From: Utricularia gibba
Lineage: Eukaryota > Plantae > Magnoliophyta
Direction of reading: 5' to 3'
DNA: 64,000 bases
Assembly: GCA_002189035.1 (NCBI GenBank)
Contig: CM007992.1
Span: 1,736,001-1,800,000, forward strand
This document shows positions 52,016 through 64,000 of this stretch, in pieces; the stretch's first letter is position 1, and each line of letters begins with the position of its first letter. Both the position numbers and the translations under genes were made by a program. The notes under the pieces were generated by a model that saw only the letters and a program-made list of their open reading frames with translations, made no database searches and was not told the DNA's origin.

Positions 52016-54994
52016 TGGATAGTAGCAATAGGGGTGGTGGTAGTATAAAAGGAAGGAAGAGGGGAAACCACATGGTTGATGCTTACAGTCACGTGCCCCC
52101 AGCGCTCCGCAATCAATTCTTTCTGCATGTTTGCTGTGCTGATAATTTAGTGTGGGCCCGCCGACAATTCCCTTCCCTTACGATTCAACCCCCTCCCCCG
52201 GCCCGCTGGAATCACCAAGCACTACTGGAGGCACGTATTGCAAGCATGTGTTTGTGTGCGTGCGCGTGTATGTATGTATGGTGCACCAGTCTAGCCTCCG
52301 CTCCGCTGCGCTCCTTGATGACGGGCACGTGACATGTCGCTCCTCTTCCTTTGCTTACCTTCATTCAAAGTCATTTGTTTTATATGGTATTATATGGAAA
52401 TTACAAAGGAACGTTATATTTATTTTGAAGAAGAAAGACAATGTTATTTATGTATTCAATATATTTCTTGTTCGCTTCTGTTAACCACCACCCGTTTGGC
52501 TATTTTACATCCATACCCTTGGTAACACAACCATCTAACACAACATCTTTCCCACTTAATAGAAAATACCTTCCAAAAAAAAAACCTTTTTGTAACTATT
52601 GTTATAAAAATAGAAACATACAAATATTTTGATTGAAAAAATCAATTTAGAATTTATTTTAATATAATCGAAAATACAGATGGAATAAAAATTAACCTTT
52701 TTTAAAACGATTATTATAGAATTAATTAAAATTTAGAATATAAAAAAATGAAAATAGCTTTTATATGTAAATAAAAAATTTATTATCACCAATATGTTAT
52801 TAATATTTAAATTAAAAAATATATTTATAAAAATATTTATATTATAAAATATCGTAATCTATAAATTATATTTTATATTATTATTATACTTGGAAAAAAA
52901 TTATACTAAAACTATTATTTGAACAAATGAAAAACATTATCTAGTATTAATATCAAATCCTGATAATTATTTATAAAAAAATAGTTTAATAGTAAATTAA
53001 AATCTTGAAAAGAATTTTCAAATTTTGGAATATTTAAAGTGGTAGAATCTATTTGAGAAAAAAATATTAAATAATTGAATCTATTGATTTTGGAAATGTT
53101 GGGTGCATTTCTTTGTTACCCCAACCGCGCCTCATGGAGGAATGTGTCCCTCTGGCCCCGCCCCAGTTCATCAAGAGGCGTGTGGCGGGGTCTGGGGAGA
53201 TGATGATTGAGTTAAAATCAAAGTAAAGGCAGTAAGTAATAATAAGTAATAACCTCACACTCCAATCCAATGAATAGCATACCATACCATAGCTGCAATA
53301 AATAAATATTTTAAAAAGTACCGCCTGCCCACACCTAACAATTAATGAACTCCATTAGATTCCCATTTCACTCCACCTCCCAACCTCGTCTAATCCAGAT
53401 TCTTTCCTCCTATACCAACAAAAAAGTAATTCAGATTATTACTTTTCAAAAAATATTATAAAAATAGTTTTTTTTATTAAATGCGAGTGAATTAATTTTT
53501 AAAGAATTATAGAAATTTAATTCTAACACCTTAAATAATTGGAATTCTCTCAATTTGCGGATCCACAAGTGTAATAAATGAATAACTTTAAGTAAATACA
53601 CACACATATACATATGGTATTTGTAAGACATTGAATTGGGGTAGGTCACAATTCACTTCATTCCATAAATGAGTTTGCCTAATTATTTGGCCTACATCTA
53701 CCTAAGTAGTTGTAAATCTGGATCCCACTCTTTAAATAAACAAAAATAAAATAAAATAATTTATTGAATCATCATCATTATATAATAATTTAAATAAATA
53801 CTCCGGGACTCTCACTCTCACCATCAACTGTTCAATCCAACATTACAGTTTTGTGTACGCACCGTTATTTAATTTTAAATAATGGGTTTAATCCATCTAA
53901 TTATTGTTAAAATGTTACAACAAACTTGGTACCTTGTTTAAAATAAAAACGTTGTTTGTGAATTTAAAATTGAAATATATTTGATCATTAAATATTACTA
54001 TTTTTAATTATTTGAGAGGTATAAAACAAAGTATTCATCTTCTCTTCTTTTTAAAATTTAAAAGTGTCTAATATCAAATTAAAATGTAAATATTTATTTA
54101 AAATAAAATTTTTTATAAGCCACTCAATTTAAATAAAGCTTTCCCTAAAATGTTAATCTCGCATTTTTGCCTATCAAATAATGTCGTAGAATTATAAGAT
54201 AAATCTATGTTTCTAGATAATTATTCTTGAAACAATGATTCTACCAAATAAAAAAAACTTTTATGCAAAAAGAAAATAAAGTCCAATAGAGCTACAGCGT
54301 ATCTGATTTTGTTGGAATATATTTGTGTTCCAATATTTTTCAATTCTCCATTTAAAATTTCTCATTGCTTCATATGATGATCCATGAATAACTTCTTAAT
54401 TTGGTAATATTTTCGTACTTGTCATGTATACGGAAACTTAAGTAATATAGTATTCTGCGCACACGCCATTTTGTTTTTTAATAAATGAGAAAAAATGGCG
54501 ATAACTAATTCAATACGTATTTATAAAATTATCAAACAGCTCGGAATGGAAAATCGGATTATTTCAAAGCATCGGGCCCATAATATTGAATAATTTATTA
54601 TATATATGTTAAAAATAATATCTTCTTTTGGTTTCATATGCTCATGATAAAACGAAATTACACGACGAAAAAAGGAAACGGATAATTGAGGTCAATTTTT
54701 GAAAATTAGAAGAAATGGCTCAATTTTTAATTGGCAAATATTGGCTCTTTTTTTTTTTAATTATCTTTTGCGATAAATAGGCACCCATATGCATACCACA
54801 CAATCAAATAACAGAAATTTCACCAAGGCCTCTTCGTCTTCCCCTTGTCTGCTATTTCCGTTGACAAGCCAGAACTCGGTCGCGCATCATCATTCTGATT
54901 GATACATTGCAGCTCCTAGTCTTACCGGCTATCCGTACACCAAGGTGTGTGTGTGTGTGTTATATCATCCGTGGTTGTTGGTGGTTCAGAGCAG

Positions 54995-56601
54995 ATGGCC
55001 GGCGTCGCGGAGGCGCAGGGAGGTGGAGTAACCAGTGGTGGAAGCAGCGAGGCCGGCGTGCCGAGTTCGATTCCTGCGGACGGCTGTGGCAGCCGTTGGC
55101 CGAGGCAAGAAACCTTAGCTTTGATCAAAATTCGTTCAGAAATGGATCCCGTTTTCAGAGACGCCAGCCTCAAAGCTCCCCTCTGGGAACAAGTTTCCAG
55201 GTCAGCAGTTCCGCAATTTCATGATGAATTCTTAGCTTTTACCTTTTGTCCCCTTTTCGATGTTTTCTTCACCTCTGCTGTGGGCTGTTAAATTTGATGT
55301 GTTATCCTTTTCAAAACGTTAAAGAGAAGCGGAGACTGAATATGACAACATACAGGAGAATGGGGGAGCTTGGGTTTCAACGCAGTGCTAAGAAGTGCCG
55401 GGAGAAATTCGAGAACGTTTACAAGTACCACAAGAGAACAAAGGATGGGCGAGCATCGAAGTCCGAAGGGAAGAAGACCTACAGATTCTTCGACCAATTA
55501 GAGGCTCTTGAGAACAACCCCATTCTCAATGTCCCTCTATCGGCCGCCGTTTTGCCCTCCAGCCCAACTCCTGTGACTGTTCTGCCGCCACCGCCGCCGC
55601 ATCCTCCATTTCAACCGGCGAGTTATCAGCAGCCTTCTCATCTCCAGAGCTTGATGCTGTCGGATTCCACCACCATGTCGTGGTCAAGCTCATCATCGTC
55701 GTCGTCGTCGGAGGAGGAGGATACGCGGCGGCAAGAGCGAGGGAGCAGTAGGAGCAGAAAGAGGCGGAAGAAATGGAAGGCCTACTTGGAGATGGTGATG
55801 AGACAAGTGATCGAGAAGCAGGAGCAGCGGCAGCAGAGGTTGCTGGAGACTTTGGAGCAACGAGAAATGGATCGAATCGCGAAGGAGGAGGCTTGGAGGC
55901 TTCAAGAAACGGCAAGAATCAATCGTGAGCATGACCTTCTCGTCCGCGAAAGATCGATGGCAGCCGCCAAAGACGCCGCAATGATCGCTTTCTTGCAAAA
56001 AATTTCAGATAACAACACTACCTTCCAGCCTTCTAATCAACCGCCTGTGCATCCGGAGCAGCCCGCAGAAACAAGCGTATCTAGAAAAGAAGAAGAGAAT
56101 GGAGGCGGTGGCGTTGGAGGAGGGGATAACAGTTCTGCATCCTCATCGCGATGGCCGAAAGCGGAGGTCGAAGCGCTGATAAACCTGCGAACAAGCTTGG
56201 ATCTGAAGTACCAAGGCGGGGGACCAAAGGGCCCGTTTTGGGAGGAGGTATCCGCGGGGATGGCGAAGATGGGATACAAGAGAAGCTCCAAGAGGTGCAA
56301 GGAGAAATGGGAAAACATCAACAAGTATTACAAGAAAGTGAAGGAGACAAACAAGAGACGCCCCGAGGACTCCAAGACATGCCCTTATTTTCACAAGCTG
56401 GAGGCCTTGTACCAACACAAGACTGCTGCAAGAAGCAACAAATCAATGGCACCATTGCCCCAGCAACAGCAATGGCCTCAACCTCTCCCCTACAACAGCA
56501 ACGGATGTATAACCATAATGGGAATAGTAATCCAGAGGTATTCGGATTGCACGAGGATGAGGAGGAAGAGGAGGATGAGGATGAAGACGGGTATGAGATG
56601 A
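54995..56601 (+). CDS. GT-2: GT-2-type trihelix transcription factor with two trihelix domains, 2 exons (483 aa as written; about 499 aa ending at 56648 if one base is restored)
   Basis: Exon 1 54995-55200, GT-AG intron 55201-55355, exon 2 from 55356. RWPRQETLALIKIRSEMD..WEQVSR/RMGELGF.RSAKKCREKFENV, a central coiled coil, and RWPKAEVEALI..KRCKEKWENINKY. Confidence 0.92.
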
Positions 56602-59333
56602 TTGGAAACCAGCAATTTGCATCTCCATCTCCAACTACAGCTCACTGAAGAACCGATGCTGATGAAACTGCCAACGCCGCCGGAGAAAACCCTCGTCGGG
56701 GGCGAGGTTGGCAGCAACTTGTCAGACAGCAGCGGGGTCCTCGAATGGATGGACGCCATCGCGGTAAAAAAAAAAAAAAAAAAAAAAAGAAACTCAACAC
56801 ACAGCAAAAAAGAAAGTAAAGAAAAGTTAGGTATTCTTGCGTTCCAAGGTCAATAAATTGAACTTGGTGAAATTCTATTTCTCCATGAAAACAATTATGT
56901 GAATTGTGTACTCGCCGTGCATCATATATTCGCCTTTCCTCAATAGATTCTTGTCACAGTGTTGCAAAGCACATCGATCATCAAACATTTAGATAGTTTG
57001 TTGATCGTAGTTTCACCAAATCTATTAATTATGCAACATTTAATATTTTCTTAGTTGGTAGAGTTATAATAAGGTGGTTAGGGGGATCAACTGATTAATT
57101 AATTGACTGGTCTAAAAAAATTTATGCAAAATCCGGCTAAGCATTTACTTGATAACCCTTTAGCCACCCCATTCCCACCCCCAGCACCCAATTGTCAAAA
57201 CCCTAAATTCCAATCATGTAGATTGTAATCCGCTTCCAAATTTTAGGACCAGGAAACTGATTTCATTGGAGGAAAAGTTTGCCCTAAGACACATTTTTCA
57301 TGAATCACGAAGGTTATTTCTGATAAATATCATAAATTGGATAAAAATTGATCTCTAACATCACCAATTAGATATATTTTATTATGAATTGCATGAGTTA
57401 TACGGAAAACAAACTCATCTTCTAAATGGGTCTTGTTATTATCTTTGTTTTTCCAAATGACAATGTTATGTTATAGGTAGTTGATAATTTTTTTATATAA
57501 ATTTAATTATTACCAAAATACATGATAAGTGATTTTTTCTTGGATGATAATGGGTATCGAATATACCCAAGTTTTTTATTTATATGTGAATTAATCCTGA
57601 CAAATTTAAAATATTCTACACCATTAATTAAGGCCACGTCAGCCCTAAAACTGGGCAAGGTGGAGATCATTATTGGTGTGTGATGTTCTCATGTTGCGCG
57701 TCACATCGACCGTCGGTCTCTTTATCACGAAATTTACATAGAGGGAATCGGAGCAGCGTTTCATCGTCATCGAAAAAGGTATTATGAGCCTAGAAATTAA
57801 ATGTGGAAATTATTTTATGAAATAAGAATTACATAATTTTATTTAGGACATGGATGGATCCATGTCCATAACTGGCGCACGTGGCGATGTGAATTGTCTC
57901 GTTGCCATCACCATCATGTAGCCCCCAACCGCCACAACCGAAAGAACTAAATTAGAATTGACCTGACGCCCCCATCCAAATTATTGCCATAATTATTTTT
58001 TCCCAATTGGAATTTAAATTATGATTATTTTTCCCGATTGAATTTGAATAGATCTGTAGGTCCGGAGAAGAGGGAGAATAATTCCCGAAGGTGCGAAAAG
58101 GAAATGACGGGGAGATGAATGAAAATTACGGCGGTTAAAATACTCCTGGGTTTCGGATGATGACTTGCCAGCCAAGGGAGAGACAGGGCACTGGACCTTA
58201 AAACGACACCAAAAGTACACAATTGGATAGAGTTGTCTTGTTTTTTTACTTTTTTACCCCCCTTTTCAATAGCCCTAGAATCTTCGAGGCTAATGCTGGC
58301 CTTTTCAATAGCCCTTTTCATGGGCCGGGCTGCTGAGCCCGTGAAAGGATTCAAGAAGCGATGCAGCAAAGGAAGACGAACTCCGCCACATGGATCATGT
58401 TTCCAAACCAACAATATAAAAATATCCTTCTTGGCCCATAATTTGATATGGCATAGTTGTACGGATGTGATATAACTGCAAATAAAAAAATGGGATGAAA
58501 ATTGAATTTTGGAATATAATAAAAATTTAATTTCTCTTCTACATTTTTAGTTAAGTACTTCTCGTTTAAATGGTTTCTAGTAAAGCATATAAAAATAAAA
58601 TCTATATCAATTAAATCGAACCATACTTATCACATTTTACGTCGACATATTGAAAAATGGCGTAGCCTGCCAATAGTCCATTGCCACATGCCCTCCTTGT
58701 GAACCACATGGTTAACGGCTGTAAAAAGTCAACGGGGAGCTTCCCACCGTTTTCAACTCCACCCACAGCTTATTCATTCGTGTAATAATTAAATGCTTTC
58801 TTTATTTTATTTTATTTTTTTGTGAACACCCGCTCAACAAAATGATAGCGTAGAATGAGGCTGAAATTATTTCCGTACCATCTATTTGAATTATTTATAA
58901 AATGAGAATATTCTATAAATTTTAAAATTATTATATAATTATAGGTATATATTATGTAAAAAAGATCAAATTTACTCCAGAGGAACAAAAGAAGAGATGA
59001 GCGAGACTGGAATTTTTCTTCTCAGCTAACACAAAAGGGACAAGTCAATGGATGGAAGGAGCACCCGCCGGGACCATGCAGAACACGAAGATGGGAGGAT
59101 AATTCCAAAGTCAGCTCTTATGCTGATAAGTGTTAAGCCGAATTATTACAGGTAAATATCCATCGGTTTATATAATAAAATTGCAGCAGCGCAGCAGAAG
59201 GAGAAGAAAAAGTCGAAAACGAAAACTATGGGTGCGTTCCTCCACGCAGAGAAGAACTTCACTCGGTTTCAAATGGGAATTCACTGCGGGCGCTGATTGC
59301 TCTTTTAATCTAGAATCAGTCTCACTTGTGTCC

Positions 59334-60626
59334 ATGAAGCGGATGCGGGACTCCGATGCGGCCACGTCGGAGATCAGGTCCGCAATTGAGGAGCTCTCCG
59401 GCGTCACACTTGCCGTTAAATCTGATTCTGGTGCCGCAGATGATGATCTGCCGGCTGCCCATCTTCCCTCAAACCATTTCTATCCCTCTGCTCTTTGCTT
59501 CTCCAAGTTCTTGGTTCTTCCCTCTTTTATCTCTCTCTCCCTTTCTTGGTTGTTTTTCATTTAATTTTTAGAATCACAATTTGCTCAAAGATTTTGTGGC
59601 TTTATATCTTCTGCAGATAAGATAGGCCCGACCATGGCTGTCCTGAGGCAAGACATTCATCAAAACATACAAGTAAACACATCTTTTGTCTTATCCCCGT
59701 TTCAACACTAATTTACTTCTTGCCTTAACACTCACCACACGCTCTATCGTGAAAAAAAGTCGCCGGTGCTGGCCCGCCCCTAACTTCCATCTATCAAGAG
59801 TCAGGCTTTTTTTAATTTCCTTTCCTGCTGAGTAAATCAATAATTATCTCGAGGGAGAGAAGCACGAAATTGAGTTTTACTATGGTTACTTACATCAGAG
59901 GCTAGAGAAGTTTCATGATTCTGATCCATCACTATATTGGGACGTGGGGATGATTCTGAATTCGGAGGTGAAGGAGGGGATTGCCAAAAAGGGTCATTCT
60001 TGCAGTAAAGCCTTTGTTTGGCTCACACGGTGACAACTGCTTGTGTACTGTTTACTTTTTATTTTTTTTATTTTGGGGGCAATGGAGTCGAGTGGAGTGG
60101 AGTGGAATGAAATGAAATGACTTTTCCCCTGTTACCAGGTCATTGGATATGGCCCTTGCCTTGCTGCAGTTGCTTGTGAAGAATTTGGATATAAACATGG
60201 AGCAAGCTGTGGAAGAATCTTATGCTGTTACACTAAAACCATGGCATGGCTGGATTTCTTCAACTGCTTATAGAGTAATAACTTTGTTACTCATCTTTCT
60301 TCGTATCCGTTTGTTTTCAGAATCTTTTTACATTTACAGTTTTTTTATCTGCTCTGGATGTTACTAGATAGCTCTGAAGCTGCTGCCCACTAGCCACAGT
60401 TTAGTTAGCATTCTCAAGGCTAATGAGGAACAAGAGGATGATGCTCTCAGGACAGAAATGCAAGTTCTCGTGTCTTTGCTCGTTCCCTTTCTCGAGCAAA
60501 ACAAGCATATCATGGTAATAAGGAATAGTTTTTGGTGTTTTTCCCTGACTTCAGATATATATTGTATCTCTTTTTTCTGATTTGTCGTAGAGAATGCATG
60601 GGATGGATAAGCTCAAGTCCACCTGA
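59334..60626 (+). CDS. GLTP3-like: Glycolipid transfer protein (GLTP/ACD11 family), 6 exons, with an apparent 1-nt frameshift in exon 1
   Basis: Exons: 59334-59513, 59617-59672, 59899-60029, 60139-60274, 60368-60514, 60591-60626. Motifs SEIRSAIEELS, DKIGPTMAVLRQDIHQNIQRLE, TLKPWHGWISS, DKLKST*. Exon 1 is 180 nt but exon 2 needs phase 1; 228 aa if one A is restored at 59471-59473. Confidence 0.88.
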
Positions 60627-60799
60627 AGGAAGGGAAGGAGCATTAACCAGGAACGCTTGTAAATTTGTCTTGTACAGGGCAGAGGGGAAATGTGATGTAG
60701 AAATGGCTTTCCCTTTACCAAACAGAAATGCAAACCCAATAGAGAAGACCAAAAAACAGCGCACAGACATTTGAGCAGTAGATTGGAATCTGTTTATTT

Positions 60800-60965
60800 G
60801 CTTGGATGAGATCATGTGTAGTTGAGTTGCGTTGGTCTCAGCCCAGGAAAGGGCACCTACTCCCAGTTGCAAGGCGCACCGAAGAACTCCTCCAAGTTGA
60901 AATCATCAAGTGCTGGGATCGTGCCATTCTTGTCACGTATCACCACTCCCAAGCGGAGATATCAT
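60800..60965 (-). pseudogene. RNase H-like (RVT_3, LINE-type) fragment
   Basis: LGVVIRDKNG and QLGVGALSWA resemble GLGVVIRD.NG and EALA...L.WA. Confidence 0.35.
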
Positions 60966-61344
60966 ATTCATGTATCCGTTAGCAGAGTCTGGAGGAGTTC
61001 TTTTTGCCACTGCAGATTGAATTATGCTCCATCTTATCTTAGAATGGCGGCAGATTACCCTGAAGACAGCTGTCATCTATAAACATGACAATGGAAGCAA
61101 ATCAAGTCAACCCAAGGAGCAAGTCGCCAAAAGTATGTGATATTACTCAAAGTGCAGATCCACAAGTAGCCATCCGTAATGATGATTTAGGTTCTAGTGC
61201 TCTGTAAAGGACCGTGGATAAAAAACCTCCTCCCAGCCAAGTTTTTTCTTGGAAAAACTACTAGTTTTGTTGTGCTCCAAGTTTTAGCCATAGAGCGCTA
61301 CTATCCTTCTAAATTCAACACTACAGAGTTTTTGGGCAAGCAAG

Positions 61345-63250
61345 TGTGAGAAAGACAGGAAGCAATGAGTGTAATGCTTGCTGAGTTTATTTCACAAGCT
61401 GATCAACTTGCTATTTTATTGATTGAATATGATGATATGTTGTCATTACAATGAATGGAAATAAATAAAGACAAATAACAACTAACAGCATGAAAACTAA
61501 GGCGTAATAAAAACCATTACATACTCTAAGCAAATAAAACGACCTCAAATAGCAATAAATTCCGGTAAAACAAAGCATGAGCAGATGAAGAGGACTTTTT
61601 CTTGATTGCTTGTAACTTGCTCAATTTGGTTTATATCCACTTGTTACTTGGTGGATGGGGTTTCAAATCCTGTGTCACCTTCGTTGACAAGCTCCCCTCA
61701 TGAGCATTTTTCCATCTAACAAACTAAACTCATTGTTCATGAAACCCTTTATGAACATGTTTGCAAATTGTTCTTCTGAGCAACAGTCCACAAAACTAAA
61801 TTCTTGATTCTTATATTTTTCTTTGATGCAATGATATTTTACAGAGATATGCTTCATTCTCCTATGAAATATTGAGTCTTTGATCATTACAATTGCAATC
61901 TTTGAATTGCATAATACTATTGTGGTTGCTTCGCCCTATCTTTCTACATCTATGAGCATCCTTCTTAAACAACAAGCATGTTTTGAGTAAGAGATGGAAA
62001 TGTATTCTGCTTCAATTGTGAATTCTATATCAGTTTGTTTTTTGAGTTCCAAGTTATCTCTGTAGAGGCAAAGTTGAACAAGTATTTTCTGGTGGTTTGA
62101 AAATCTTTAGCAATGTTTCAATCAACATAACTATATAATGCTTTGTTGCTTTTTTCGCAAAGCAATTTGTAGGTCATTGTTCTTGCTATGTATTTGAGCA
62201 CACCTTTTCCACATTGCAAATGATTCTCTATGGGATAGTGCATGAATTTGAACAAGAAGCTGATAGCAAACATGATATTAGACCTTGTATTAGTTTAAAA
62301 CATGAGACATCCAACTAATGACCTATAGAGCATATGATCAATAGCTCTTCCATTTTCTGATAGCACAAATTTGAAGTTTTGGAGGACAGGAAATTTAATA
62401 AGAGAGCATTTCAAGAAGCCAAAATTTCTAAATAGATTTTTCGTGAACTTGGTTTGAGAGAAAAAAGATCTCTTTTTTTAATCATGCAAACTCCATCTCT
62501 AGATATTGGTGCATTAGAACAAGGTTTTTCATCTCAAACTGTGTTTTCAGAAGCTTTTTGAATTTATCAATCATAGGTAGATTTTATTGTGATCATTATA
62601 TCATCTACATAAGTGACTATAGTTAAAGTATCTTGAGCATGTGTCTAAAGCATGAATAATATTGCTTTATTCTTGTTCTTCTCAAAAAAAAAAAAATTTA
62701 CAACAATTTTTGTTCTAGTTTTTCATACTAAGCATGAAGAGTTTGTGTTGCCATACAATGCTTGTGCAAGAGGCATGCCTTGTTTTTAGAAGCTTCAAAG
62801 ACAAGAGTCTAATTGCCATAAATATATTTTCGTAGGTCTCCATTCAAAAACACAGGTTTAGGATCTGTTTGATGGATTTTCGAATTCTGTTTGATGGTTT
62901 AAGGTCTGACATGTCTCATAATATGAGACCTTGCTACTGATTCAAATATGTAATAGTAACTATATAATATTCTTAAGTCCTTTGATAGCTAACTTTGCCA
63001 TATGTGTCAAATATGACAAACCTTGCCATGTCCCATTTGTGTTTGTATTGATTTTGAACACACATTTTTTATCCTATGATGTTGGGTCTATTTGATGGAT
63101 CAACTAGACATGATGTTTTATGCTTCTGATTCATTCTAAGTTACTTCTCCATGGCTTCTCTCAAGTGAGTTTGTTGTAGAGGCTCATTGACATTTTTGTG
63201 ATTGAAAAGTTGCAATAGCCACGTTTACATACTCAACAATATGTGAGAGT
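61345..63250 (-). mobile_element. Decayed Ty1/copia element: RT-RNase H, PPT and 3' LTR (about 61345-61689)
   Basis: RNase H ...FHRRMKHISVKYH..SEEQFANMF, followed by PPT atgaggggagct and TGTCAAC. RT remnants include YVDD (62600 area), ALYG and FLNG. 5' part not traced. Confidence 0.8.
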
Positions 63251-63607
63251 GATATGGTTCTTAGTAATGGAGTTGTACTTGTGGATATATGACTTTCTTG
63301 ACTATCTATTGAATAGGTTAGATCATAAACCTCATTTTGAAGGCGTGTGTTTGGATAGATATTATCATTGCGACCATTAAGGAAAAAATCCTAAGGTGAG
63401 TAGAGATTGCTTTGGTGAAGAGTTTAATGTGAGACTTGATAAAAATACCAATGAGTGAGCAATTATCTAGTTTATAACTTTTCAATTGGTATAAAAGATG
63501 TAAGTTATTGATGAAAAACTCTAAAATGACCAACTACTGGTGTCTTACGATGCCAAGCTTCATATGACATTCGTGGCTTCATGCCATCAGTAGATGTATT
63601 GTCCTTA

Positions 63608-64000
63608 GGCCGTATTTGGTAGTAGTTTTAGTAATACTGGTATAATTTATACCAGATAAAAATTATCCCTCCTATCAGTATACATTATGTTTGGTAGTAT
63701 GAAATTTATGGATTGGAATAAGATATCCCATGAGTTGTTTGGTAGATATATATTGGATTACTTTTTACAGATTTTGAACAAAGACATTTTTACCCTTCTA
63801 CATTTTTTTTTTTGAGTAGGGTTCTTGGCTTCGGCTCTTCAATCATTCTCCAATTTTCTGTGCGAAATGAGCACGTTCCACACAGAGAACAACAATGGTC
63901 AATCGAAATCAAAACGCGGGTGGAGCGTTGAAGAAGAACGTCTTCTTGTTATCGCTTTCAAGGATATTATTGACAATGGGTGGAAGAGTAAAAATGGTTT
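63608..64000 (+). mobile_element. 5' end of a PIF/Harbinger element
   Basis: TTA (63605-63607) then GGCCGTATTTGGTAG, a PIF/Tourist-like TIR; repeated tttggtag subterminal motifs; an ORF1 starts 260 bp inside. The other end is outside the window. Confidence 0.6.
63867..64000 (+). CDS. Myb/SANT-like (PF12776-type) ORF1, partial and open to the window edge
   Basis: MSTFHTENNNGQSKSKRGWSVEEERLLVIAFKDIIDNGWKSKNGF, with no stop in 44 codons. Confidence 0.7.
   Translation, partial: MSTFHTENNNGQSKSKRGWSVEEERLLVIAFKDIIDNGWKSKNG

Noticed and set aside
56766-56788. A23 tract as a retrogene poly(A) tail
   Set aside because: The GT-2 gene keeps its family intron and no TSD is seen; it is a simple 3' UTR homopolymer.
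55526-56807. Several 60-130 aa minus-strand ORFs over the GT-2 gene
   Set aside because: Expected antisense ORFs in GC-rich, repeat-rich coding DNA.
58025-58414. 129-aa minus-strand ORF with a RAIEK repeat
   Set aside because: Non-ATG start, no known domain, and the repeat comes from a 16-bp direct duplication (ccttttcaatagccct).

Overview
Plant (eudicot-like) nuclear DNA in two parts. Bases 1-41.5 kb are gene-free. They hold a decayed plastid insertion (ycf1-ndhH-ndhA, collinear with the plastid small single-copy region), several PIF/Harbinger Myb/SANT and transposase remnants, three TSD-bounded Athila-type solo LTRs and one complete Athila-like element (15128-24007, TSD ATTCT). They also hold a 10.4 kb CRM-type chromovirus complex with three LTRs (30836-41210, TSD GTTAC) inside a five-layer nest. 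Bases 41.5-64 kb are gene-rich: an intact 16-exon ACT-domain Raf-like kinase (STY8/17/46 family, minus strand), a trihelix pseudogene, a GT-2 trihelix factor and a GLTP/ACD11-family gene. The last two each show an apparent single-base deletion in a short homopolymer. A decayed Copia and the start of a PIF/Harbinger element with an open Myb/SANT ORF end the window. I found no rRNA, tRNA or CRISPR array, and no clearly new biological system. The most notable items are the three-LTR nest, the dual-frame GT-2 tail, the plastid fossil and an unexplained genic-looking island at 42.6-43.8 kb. All homology calls are from recalled family motifs and by-eye alignment; no database search was run.
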